From the NCBI GenBank assembly GCA_958009085.1, contig OY253687.1, forward strand, positions 744,001 to 808,000: a DNA stretch of 64,000 nucleotides. The letters run 5' to 3'. Source of the stretch: Protoeuglena noctilucae. Lineage: Eukaryota. A program made the translations under genes and the position numbers. The notes under the pieces are model-generated. The model did not search any database. It saw nothing but the letters and a program-made list of their open reading frames with translations, and had not been told where the DNA came from. Positions 24,401 to 36,400 of this stretch are shown in pieces; position 1 is the stretch's first letter; each line of letters begins with the position of its first letter.

Positions 24401-27048
24401 GAATTCGCTCCCTTGCCACTCTCAGCCCGACCTTGGGTGTAGGTGCAGGGGCTGGGCCCCTTGCCTCGCCTTATCCGCAAACCCTCGTCTTATCCACGTA
24501 CCCATTCGCTCGCTTACCTACCCTCCGACCACCCTGCTTACCATGGCAGTTGGCGCATGGGCGTTTGCATTTGGTACCAGTCGATGCATCCCCTTCGCCT
24601 TCCCTGCCCTGTTCCCCATACCGCTCGCCGACTACCCTCGACTGACTGCTCCCCATCGCAGCTCCTCGCTCACAGCTTTACACCCAACCGCCCCTCCCCG
24701 CCCCTGCCAGCACCCATCGCCATCAGTGTTCGTCCGCAGTGGCAGCTCCCCACATACCTCCCCTTCCTAAGCCTCTTTCTTACCCCATACACACACGCTG
24801 GTGTGACTTCGGCCCCTAACCCTCACAGCCCCCCGACCTCTCCCCTTTGGACCACGCAACCGCACTGGCTGGCTTCATGCAACCCTTCTGCCCCTTCCCT
24901 CGTCACTGTGCCTGGGACCCGGGACGCTGGCGCTTCTCCCTCTCTTTACGACCGGTGCGTCTGCGCCCCGCGCCGCGCTCGGCCAACCCCCGCACCTCTT
25001 GCACCCGCCAGTCTTACCCCATCGCGGGGAGTGGCCAGTCCGCATTTCGCTCCATACACGACACGCACCTTTCGGTGTCAATGCCCGCTTGACGGCTCGG
25101 ATCCACTGCCTGGCGACGGGGAGCGATGATGGACAGCTGAGAAAGGCGCGTGTGCTGCACGGCACGCGCCGCCCCACCCCCAGCCCCCCGCTCAGCCGAC
25201 GCGCGACATGCAGGGCTGGCCCTTTCTAACTCATCGCATCATCATTCGTTTTGCCGTCTGAGGAAGATCCTGGTGTGGCTTTCGGTGCGTTTTGGGGTGC
25301 TTAGATGGGCGTGGGTGTTGAGCAGTGATGGTGTGGGGTGCTGTGCAGCATGCATGCGTGTGCAATGGTGATGGCGCAGGGCGTGTGGGGGTTTTCCCAA
25401 GCTCACTTAAGCACGCAGGCGCGAGGGTGGGACGGTTCAGTTCGATTCCGGGGTTCGCAGATGAGGTGGCGGAAATGGGATGGGTTTGACGTGCTTTCAG
25501 GCGACCTGCGGCGTGTGGCTGCGGCTGTGGTGGTGGCTGTGGCGGTGGCGCAGCGTGGGGCGTGTGGGGTTTTCCCAAGCTTATTTAAGCACGCAGGCGC
25601 GTCTGCGTCGTTGCTGCTGAACAGTGCTCGGCGAGTGATGGGGCGACGGGTGGCGGGGTGCGACGTGTGTTGCGGCGTTGGCAGGTTTGGGTGGGGTGGT
25701 GCGCGGCGTGGCGGTGATTGCGGGCTTGCGGCGGCATCTGTGGGTCTCTCTCTCTCTTTGTCACGCAGCGCTGGTTTGGGCGTGTGCGGGGGCTGCTTGG
25801 GTGGGTTGGAGGTGTGTCGTTGGGATGGGGTGGGGTTGTGGGGTGGCTCGCTCTTGTCCTCCACCGCAGCTGGTGCCAGAGGCGCGCGGCGTTAACGATG
25901 GGGAATGTACCAGAGTGACGCTTGCGAGAGTGGTTTTAGGTTTGATTCGGCGGTTGGCAGATGGGGGGGGGTGGCGGTGGCTGTGTGGCTTGCATAATGC
26001 AACGAGGTTTAGCTTGGCATGCAGGACGGTCCAATAGACAGGGTCTGGAACACCATAAATGATGATGCAGGGTTGACAGTGGCAGGGGTGTGTGTGCAGT
26101 GGTGTGCGCAGGTGGCATGGAGTGCGTTGGGGAAGGTGCGCTGTCCGATTTTCCCAGTTCTTTGCAGGTGGTGAATAATCCCTGTTTTGAATGCTTGCAG
26201 GTTTTGTTTTACGACTTGGCGCCATGCTTATTGATAACCCCTTTTCCATGCGTAGTTGCAGACGTCCCCATGCCTTTCCAATTTACGTTTTCATGCTGCG
26301 TTTGCACTTTCGTTTGCATGTCTTGGCTCATTTTTATTGTATAATGCAGGTTGTCTATGCTAGGCAATGTGTCGTTTACGCACACCTCGCCACTCCCCGC
26401 CCCTCACCCCACCTCCCAGGTCAGGGCGTGCAAGGCCCATGCAATGGTGCGTGTTCATTATTATTATGCCGATAATTCACCTCATTCCCGCTGCCCCTGT
26501 TGTTATCATCATGATTTGCTTTGCCCCGGTGGGTTTTGATCCGTGACAGCCCTTGGTGACCTGACCTCGATATTATTCCATTTATATTTCCATATTCCGC
26601 TATACACGTATTTGACACGCATCAAAATGGCGACGTGGCCCCCGCGTCCGAAAACAACGGGGGGGCGTGGTTCTCACCACGACCATCGGTGTGGAAGCCA
26701 TAATTGCATGTGATGGGAAACTGTGTTGCAACAATCGATAACTGTATATTGGAAGGCGAGAGGGGGGGCGTGGTTCCTACCACGACCCGGACGAGGAAGT
26801 CGCATGTAGGTGCTGGATGTGTGTGTATTATAAGCTTGATTTTCGGTAATAGAAAACAACAAGGAGGCTTCAAACGAGCGCGACCAACCCGAAGCAGCTT
26901 TGCAAAACTATCCATTATCAAGATTATATAGAACACAATCTCGCCTCCTATCAGCAGGACGAGACGCATAGCACTATCACCGTCATCATGGCCACCACCA
27001 TTCCCATCAGTAATGAGATGTCATATTCCATGACTCTCACTATCACCA

Positions 27049-30000
27049 TCACTGGCGCTGCACCCCAGACGGGCCAGCCACTGCAGCCCCACTCGCACCC
27101 GCACTCCCACTCGCCCCCGCACCCGCACCCGCCGCACCCCCCCTCTCCGCTGCCCCACCACTCATCGCAGCCCCTCCCTTCCCAACCCCCTCACTCCGCC
27201 CCTCCCCCGCACCTCCCTTCACCACTGCCCCCTCCATCTCCCTCCCCTTCCCACCCTCCCCCTGCACCCCCCCTTTGCCAGTCCCCACATCCGCACCCCT
27301 ACTCTTATCCACTGCCTTATCCACTGCACCTCCCTCAGCCTTGTTTTTATCCATAGCCTTTTTATCCACTGCACCACCCCTGCCCTTCTCAGCACCCCCC
27401 TCCAACCCCGCCCCCTCCCCACTCCACCGCACCCCCGCCCCGCCACCACCACCCTTCCCGCCCACCGCCCCACCCGCAGCTGCCCCCTTGCTACCACCCT
27501 TTGCCACCACCAGCCCATTATCTTCCCCCCCACCACCACCACCACCGCCGCCCCTTCCACCCACCCTCCCGACCTCGCCCCTATCACCGCCCTTGCCACC
27601 CAACCCCCTGCTCTCTCCCCCACCCCCACCCCCACCCCCACTGCCACTCTTGCTGCTCACTGCACCCACCCCCGCCCCCATTGCCACCCCCGCTGCCGCT
27701 GCCCCGCTCGCCCTCCCCGCCCCCCTCTTGGCCCTCTGAGATTCGAACTCTGCACCCCTGCTGCTCCTCATTAAGTCTTCCTGGTCAGACTGGAGCAACT
27801 TGAGCTTGGTCAGCTGCGGGGGTTGATAAAGGGGATGATACACAGTAATTACTATAACAATATTACAATATATTTTACAGTAGTAGTGACCATGACTACA
27901 TTATCACTGACATCACCCAGACCCACAACGTGACATTGATATCCACGTCAGTACCACTGTTCAGCATCACTATTCAGTAGTAATATTACATCCAATGTAA
28001 TATCCCGTATCCTTTTCATCGCCTTACCTTGGGGTTGAGGGCGTGGGAGGTGCGCGCCCCCTGCCCCGCAAATCCATAGTACTTGTAGTGCTGGTAGGTG
28101 GCGTGGTAGGGGCTGGGGGGGAGCGAGGAGATGGGTGATGACAGGTGACGAGAGATGACAAGGATATTGACAAGGGGCTGTTATGACTTAAAAGTTATCC
28201 CCAGCTTAACCACTCCGCACCCCACGTACACCAACCACGCCACCCAGCCTCACCACGTCCCCTCGTATGCCGCGGGCGCCCGGTGCGTCAACACGTGTGC
28301 CTTGCGCCACGGCTGCATGCGGATGCCCTCCTCCAGAGACGCGCGGCTGCGGCGATCCTCGGATGACCCGGGGGCGGTGCGCAGGCGGCGGAGGGCTTTC
28401 TGAGGGAAGAGGGGGAGGGGTGGGGGTGGTTGGGGTGGTGGGTGGCAGTGGGGGTGGTAGTGAGGGTGGGGTGGAGTTTAGGGTGGTGTTTGAGCTGAGG
28501 GTAGTGCGGAGGCGACGGAGGGCTTTCTGGGAGAGAAGGGGGAAGGGTGGGGGTGGGGGTGGGAGTGGGGGTTGATGGGGTGAGGGTGGGGGTGGCAGCA
28601 GGGGAAGTGGGTAGGCTACTCATTGCAGCCCACACACACACACACACCCACACACCCTCATTACCCATTCATTCACATCCCCATATTCATTCACATCCCA
28701 TCACTCTCGCCTTGGTCACTTCGGCCCCCGTCACGAGGTCGACCCTGGTCGCCCGCACGCGCCTCTCCTCGGCCAGAATCTCCGCCTTGCTACGCCGGAG
28801 GAACTCGGTCGACCGGGTCACGCTCATTCGCTGCGGGGGATCGAACGCGGGACCTCTCGGGTGCATGGCTGCGAGGCATGCGATGGGGGCAATGGGCGAC
28901 GTTTCTTGTTACCATTGCGGGACGCCTCATATCTCAAAGCCTCTAGTGCGTTTGTGGAATCGAGTAACTAGCAAGTAACTAGCTCACCTCGAGCTTCGCC
29001 CCCTTCACATCGTGCCCGATCTGCGCTGGGCCGTAGTACTGCGCTTCCATGGGACCGTACTTGGGGTTGTGGGCCCAGCTGGTCTTGGCGCCCTGACCCG
29101 CGAAGCCGTAGTACTTGTAGAAGCTGAAAGGGGGACAATGGAGAGAGAGTCGTATAACTATATATGACATAGTTATATATGTACGATGTATTGGCTTGCA
29201 GTAGCAGTACTAATTGTAGTGCTTGTAGAAGCTGCACTCCCCTCACCACCCCCACCCACACCCCCCACACACCCACCCAACCACATCACCCCCACCACCC
29301 ACACCCCCCTCATCCACCCCCTCACACACCCAACCCCCCCACCCACCCCCAAACCCCTCACCCGTACGCCGCGTGCCTGGGCAGCGCCTTCCCCCTCTCC
29401 ACTCGCATTGTAGACCCGTCCCCGTGCGTGTCAACGCGACTCAGCCGCCACGGCTCATCTCTCGCCATCCGCCGCCGCGCCACCTCCCCCATCTCGCGCA
29501 CACGGTGGCCCGTCACCATGTCCGCCACTGCATGACTCTTGCCGCTAGCCGGGGCGCTCTCGGGGCGTTTGCTAGGCTTGCCCGCACCACCGCCACGCTC
29601 ACTTACTCCCCCACGCTCGCCCGCCCCACCCCGCGCACTGCGCCCCCTCCCGCCCCTGCCACCCCTCTCCCTCTCATCACGCTCTCTGACCCTCCCAACC
29701 CTCCTCTCTGTTCCCCTCTCCGCCCTCCTCTCAGGCGTGGACTCCAACGCCGACTCCCCCTCCCCCGTTTCCGATACGCTGCCGGAATCGTCAGAATCGT
29801 TGTTTGCGCCCTTGCGCTTGGGGTGGACGGCGCCCCCCTCGTCCCCCGATGACACGTCGTATCTGGCATAGTCCCAGGGAATCTTGTGGGGCTCGTGGGC
29901 CGCTTGGAAGACCTGGGGAGGAGGGGGATCAGGGGTGTGGTGTGGTGGGGGGTGGGAGGGCGGATGAGGGGGTCAGGGGTGTAGTGAAGGGTTGGGGGGT

Positions 30001-30683
30001 GAGTGAAGGGTGAGGGGAGGGGTGGGGTGAGGTCAAGAAACGTAGGGGTGGAGGCTGGGGGGGTGGAGGGTGGGTGGTGGTCATGAGGGGGGGAGGGGTG
30101 TAGTGGGGCTGAGTGGAGAGGGTGGCAGAGAGGGATTGGTGAGCTCAGTGGCACAGCGCTGATAGAGACAGCACCAGGCAGCAGTGGTAGAACACCCCGC
30201 TGTGCATGCACAGCCACACAGTGTGTGCCACCACAGCGTCACCAACCCTCCCTTCTCGCCTTGACCAGGGCCTGGGCGGGCTGGCTGTCCGGGTCGACGC
30301 GCGGGATGGGACGCATGAAAGGGGGGGACCCTCCGATCCCCGCGGGTCCCACTTCGAGTCTCGGGATGTCCCGCAGGACGACTTTTTCCAGCGCGGTGAG
30401 GCTGGCCAGGTGGCGGTTCGATTCGTTGTTCGGGGCCCAGAAATTTTCCCGAAACGAGCGGGAGTTGCGCCATTGGAGGTAATCGACGCTGCGAGCATGG
30501 CGGGGCGTGGCGGGAGGGCTCCGTGGGGCCGGGCGGGGCGGGTGCGGCACGGACGCATGCCATCCGCCGCGCCGGAGCGCGGCGCTGCGCTCTGGCCCCG
30601 CGTCGCGCGACCGCGGAGATCGTCGCGTCTTACCTCAGGTTGTGCACCGGCATGCGGAGCGTCTTGCTCGGCGGGTCCCGCAT
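27049..30683 (-). CDS. Uncharacterised protein with two copies of a YKYYGFAGQGA motif and a Gly-rich C-terminal tail
   Basis: In-phase exons at about 30634-30683, 30260-30488, 29362-29911, 28988-29123, 28711-28830, 28254-28399, 28028-28112 and 27049-27813; GC3-rich codons. Confidence 0.6.
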
Positions 30684-31179
30684 GTTGGCCCTGCTAACAA
30701 CGCGCGCGTATGCGGGGCGACGAGACCGTATCGCGAGCCTTGCGGCGTCGCCGGGGACGGTGTATCGACTTGTCACGCTCAGGTGCTTGCTAAGGTGCCC
30801 GTCCGTCCGCGCGGCTGGAGCAGCAAGGCTGCCGGGCGCAGGCAGGTGGCGTTCGGCTGCCAGTCGGCTCAGAGGGCGAGCGAGACGGCGGAAGGCAGAT
30901 GGCACTTTTGTCCGGCGCGCGACCGCTAAAGTCGTTGAACGGCGGAGAGAGCCTGGCGTTCACGTGCGCCAGAGCAGGGCAGGACCCGGGAAGAGGGAAG
31001 AGCTGTTCCACGGCCCGCTCCCAGCCTGCAACGTAGGATTTGTGTCAAACTTACGGTGCGTCCACCGGGATAGGGTTAGGCCACGACACAGGCGCAAGAA
31101 AGAGAGAGAACAGTTCGCAACAAAGAAGGGACCTCGTGCGGGAGGCGCGGCGGCCGTCGCGGCCCGGCCGGGGGGTTCC

Positions 31180-32632
31180 ATGAATGGCTTTTTCGCCACG
31201 AAAACTCAGCAGGAGTCCGGCGGCCTGCTGAGCGACTGGCAGGCCTACCAGCGCGACGGCGATGTGGAGGCGCAGACGGGGGGCAGCGCGCAGTCCCAAG
31301 GTGCCTGGCGCGCGCGTTACAGATCGCGAGCGCATGCATAAGATATCGTCGCTGATTCAGGATGTGATCGGGACGCATTTCTGCGTGTGGCCCGCAGCGT
31401 CGACGAGCGCTGCGGGCGCTGGGCCGTCCGCCCTCGAGGTCGCGGGCGGGAGCATCTGGAAGCTCTTCGGCGCACCGGCAGTCGCTTCTACGACAACGAG
31501 CGGACAGGCAAGCGATTACTGGGAATCCTCTGTCAGCCGTCTCTTGCGCAGCAAACACACATCGCATTTTCCATGCATTTCCCTCGACTCCCCTCTCCCC
31601 GCGACGCCTCCCTTGTCCACCCCAAGTCATTCTTTATATAATTCTCTACCTCCGCAGACAATCGCGTCGCAGAACGGCTTCTTAGGCTTCGTGGGCCGCG
31701 CGCGCGAGGCCGCCTCGGCGTACGCCCCCCCGACCGGTGAACAGATCACGCTGTTCCTCGGCCTGTTATCCGGCGGACTCTTGTTTCTTGCAATTGCTTT
31801 CTTCGTGTGCCTCCCGGTGATCGTCCTGTCGCCCCGCAAGTTCGCGCTGGCCTACACGCTCGGATGCGCCTTGGTCCTTTCGGCCTTTGCCGCTCTGCGG
31901 GGCTTCCGGCGGCAGATGCAGCACATGGTGTCTTCCGATCGACTCCCCTTCACCGCCGTCTACGCGCTTTCCATGGCGGGGACGCTCTACTTCGCCATCG
32001 TGCAACAGGTGAGGGTTACGCAATTAAGGCGATTGATGGAGTGCTTGCAATTGCTATGATTGCACAAACTCAGCGCTCGCTCTTACTTCGCCATCGTGCA
32101 GCAGGTGAGGGGGATGGGGTGGGGTGGGTGAGGGTGACGGGGGTGGAGAGAGGGGTGATGGCTACTTCAGTGACTCCACCATGTCCTCATTCATTTTGAT
32201 ACTGTTCCACAGCATCATTGTGAAGCAGTAAGTAATAGCGAGCACTGTGTCTCTCTGTAACACAGTTACGACGAGCACATCGTGTTGCCCCACTCCCACC
32301 CTTATCGCCGAGTTACCTCCTCCCCCTGGCCTTCTGCATCGCTCCCTCTCCCCAACCCCTCACTGTCCCCACCTTTTTACAAATCACCCCCAGTCAACCC
32401 CACTCCCAACCTCACTCCCACACCATTCCCACCATACCCCTCCCCTCCCACCCCTCAATCGCAGAGTTACCTCCTCAGTCTCGCCTTCTGCATCGCCCAG
32501 ATGCTCGCGCTGCTCTACTACCTCGCATCCTCCTTCCCGGGGGGCACCCAGGGCGTGCAGTGGGTGCTGGGGGTGGCGGGGCACGCGTGCTTGTCATGCG
32601 TAAAAGGGGTGGTGACGGGGCAGGGGAAGTGA
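31180..32632 (+). CDS. SFT2: Got1/Sft2-family vesicle transport protein (4 TM)
   Basis: LLSDWQAY, LPVIVLSPRKFALAYTLG, QHMVSSDRLPFTAVY, SYLLSLAFCIAQMLALLYYLASSFPGGTQG. Confidence 0.9.
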
Positions 32633-33416
32633 GGGTGGGGAGAGAGGGGGGCGGGTGGGGTTGGTGAGAGTGAGAGTGAGGGGGTGTTGGGGCGAGGGTT
32701 TCCGTTGCCTTTTGCTAGGCTTAGTGATAGAGGCGATTGAGGGTTGGCGAGCTGGCGTGGTTGGCATCAACCCATGCCATTCTATATCCATTCCCATGAC
32801 TGCGAGATTGCGAGATCGGACCGTTCAAAGAGAGACAGCCCACCCGCATAGCGTTATAGCCATCATAACTGTGAGCCACCTGGATAGCCACATATCCACA
32901 CATCAAGCCAGAAAGCAAGCCAGTTAGGTCGATGCGGGCTGCTGCCGCCCTTCTGGTGGCATTGGTGGGAATGGCGGCAATGGTGGTGGCAACGGGGGTG
33001 GTGTGCACATACACAGCACTAGGCACGAGGCGTGTGCCAGTAACGAGCACACATACACAGGCAAAGGGCGCGTGCCTGTAAAGCGCTTAAAGCACACGCT
33101 TGGCATGAAATAAACGCTCGTGGACAGGGAAAGGGGCAGGCGCGATGAAGGGAGCGATGGTAAGGGCGCGAAAGGGGCAGCCGGGTAACGGGGCGTGAGG
33201 GAGAGACGGGCAAGACTTGCCTGCCCCATCTACACAGGGACAAAGCACAGCGACACAGCACGATCGGAGTTTGTGTGGCCTCGCCCCACCGACACACAGC
33301 ACGATCGGTCGTGGTACGCTTAACTCCCCCCATCGCCACAGCGACACAGCTCGATCGATCCACACCGTACTGTTGCCATCCGATTGCGTCATCGTTCGAT
33401 TGCGATCGTGCCATGA

Positions 33417-36400
33417 TCAGAATCGCAATCGGATAGCATTATTGTCCGCCTCGACTGGCACATGGAGCGCCCCGGTGTTGTCGTCATAGGTGCATTGGCG
33501 CGTCACGTCAGCACCACCCACGGTGATGGCCTGAGAGAAGGGGAATGGGTGTGGGGAATGGGTGTGGGGACTGGGTTTGTGGGAGGGAGTGAATGGGGGT
33601 GAGTGGGGGTGGGAGCGGGTGGGGTATCCACGACCGCAAAGTCAACTACACCATCCATGACATGATAGCAATTGCTATCATTGAAATACTACTATCATTC
33701 GAAGCACCCACCTCTGGCATCCTGGAAGCGCAGAACGCCGCCCTCCCTTGACCCTCCCAACCACCATCCAACCATCCATGTTATCATCCAATACTGCTAT
33801 CATTTAAATACTGCCAGTAATTCGAATCTCACCTCGGGCATCCTGGAGGCGTAGAACGCCGCCCTCCCCGGCCCCGCCACCGCCGCTTCAAACGCCCTCG
33901 CGCCATCCGCCCCCGCTTTTGCGACTGTGAAGGCCCCATTGAGCATCCCCGCCAGTCCCAGCGGCGCCACCCGCGCGCCGCACGGGAGGGGCGTGACGGG
34001 GCAGATCGTGACCATCTCAGAGGTGGTGGGGGGCTGCGGGGGTGAGGGGTGGGGTTGGGTGAGGGAGTGAGTGTGTGTGTTTGGGACCAGCTCAAGTGCA
34101 GTGCAACCATGCTTACTGTCAACAGCTCCTTGCGCATCCGACCCAATGCACATGCAACCCCCCACCTACCCATCCCATCACCAACCCAATGCACAAGCAA
34201 GCTCGCTTATTGCCTCCCCCCCCCCCCCCCATTCCCTCACCAGTTCGATTCGCATCGCCTCCTCCCTCCCCATCACCGCCACGCTTTGATCTCCGTGCCT
34301 CATCGCAGCCACCTCCTCAGCCGCCCCCCACTCCCCACGCATGCCATCCACATCCCACGCCCGCACCTCCGCCACCACCTGCGTGTGATAAGAGTGATTG
34401 GAATTGTAATGTGTTTACGTTTGATGCTCTTGCACATAAGACGCTTGTAGTATCGCGATGATTGCCCCATCACCCACCGCTATCATCGCACCCACCCCAC
34501 CCCACCCCACCCCTCCACTCCACCACCCACCCCACCCCCAATTATCACCCACCTAAGCCGGCGACTCGGTCAGCCTCATTTACTCACCCCAACCCACACC
34601 CCATCACCCCTTCTAATGTCATCCCATCCCATCAGTCACCATCAATCACCCCCCCCATATTCATATATCACCTGTGCTGGTGATTCCGTCAGCCTCATGA
34701 AGTCGCCCCATCCCCCCTTTCTAATCTCACCCCAACCCCCATCAATCACCCCCCTCATATTCATATATCACCTGTGCTGGTGATTCCACCACTCTCCTCA
34801 TACACCCATCCCCCATCAATCACCCCCCATATCCATCACCCACCTGTGCTGGTGATTCCGTCAGCCTCATGAACTTGCGCCTTGTTCTGTCCCACGCCGC
34901 CCCCTGCACGTTGAAAACCGCCACCTCCCCCGCCACCGCGCCCCCGTTCCACACTTTAAGGGCCGTCTCGCCGTCACGCTGGGGGTAAGGGGAGGAGAGT
35001 GGGGGTTGAGTTGGTGGGAGTGAGGGGGGATTGGAGTAGTGTTGCGATGTCGCCGTCACGCTGGGGGGTGGGGGGGAGAGAGGGGGTGTTGGTTGGTAAG
35101 AGTGAGGGAGGGAAGTAGGATGGGGTGGGGAGAGGGGGACTGCACGTCCCTCATCAAGCAACACTCCACACCTGATCCTATCCCCTAAATCAACATCTAG
35201 TAACACTTCACATTACCATCTCACCTGCACGTCCCTCAGCAGGCAGTCGCGCGTGGGCCTGCCCGGGAACATGCCCCGTGGCACCTCCCCTCCTTTCAGC
35301 ACCAGCCGCCGGATGAGCTTGCAATCGTGCTTCCCGGGTCTATCGGAGACATAGACGGGGCCGCCGCTGATGGCGCGCGCGGTGGCGTGGAGGGTCGCAT
35401 CGGGATGGACGGAATGGAACATGTCCCAGTCGGGGACCACCAGGGCGCCCAGGAACACTGCGGGTGATATGGTATATATGTGATATCTATAAAAATTTAG
35501 TAGCTGTGACTCGTAATTAGAAAGTGTGCCACCCAGCATCGAGCGCCCGTCACATCACCAACGGCTAGACTCAAATCAACAATTACATTTAAACAGGACA
35601 AACACCCCGCTATTCGCTCACCCCAGTTGAAGGCGCAGGCCGCCACGTGGGGCGCCCCAGTTACCATTGATCACCAATTACCAACCATACAATTACCAAC
35701 CATAATTGTTAATGACTAAATTTACTCACCCGAGTTGAATGCGCAGGCCGCCACGTGGGGCGCCCCGGCTGCCGGGTCTCTCGGATAAAAGTCGTCACTG
35801 GCGCGCGCCACGGCAGAGTCGGAGAAGTGCATTACGTTGTCGATGCTGCGAGTGGATAATAGCAATAGGAATAATATAATGGAATATAATGATCAGCAAA
35901 ATATTATTCCAATATGTCATTAAAGTAATATATAATTGTCAAAAAATGACAATTTTCCATAACTACATTCTCATTCCAACCCCCCTTCCAAAAACCCCAC
36001 CTGTGGCACATGCAGTTGATGAGCACGTTCCCCGGGAAGTTCTCCTTCACCGACCTCTCCAACGAAGCGTTATACGATCTCGCCAGCTCGGTATACCCCC
36101 CATAGGGGCTGGCCATGACCGTCAGTCCCGACTGCACGTCCACCTTCACCCCATCCACCCCGGCCGATCGCAGGTGCCGGTGCATGGCGGAATGGAGTTG
36201 ATAGGGATCTTTGCAGATACCCACGCCCGCCAGTGTGGGTTGAGACCAGGCCATGGACGGCTCAATTTCCAAGACACCGTCGGAGGGGGTGGCGTGGCAC
36301 TGGGGGTGGGGGAGATGAAATGGGGTGTTGATATTTTTTTATAAAATATATATTATATGTCATCATTCTCTCACGGAGTGTGGTGGCTGGAGCGACAGCA

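Noticed and set aside
26055..26160. Possible C/D-box snoRNA (ATGATGA)
   Set aside because: No CTGA D box at a suitable distance and no terminal stem
28832..28866. tRNA T-arm-like string on the minus strand (GAGGTCCCGCGTTCGATCCCC)
   Set aside because: No acceptor stem, D-arm or A-box upstream; it lies at an exon/intron border
34552..34875. CRISPR-like repeat-spacer appearance
   Set aside because: The units are copies of an exon end with similar low-complexity spacers; the context is eukaryotic and there are no cas genes
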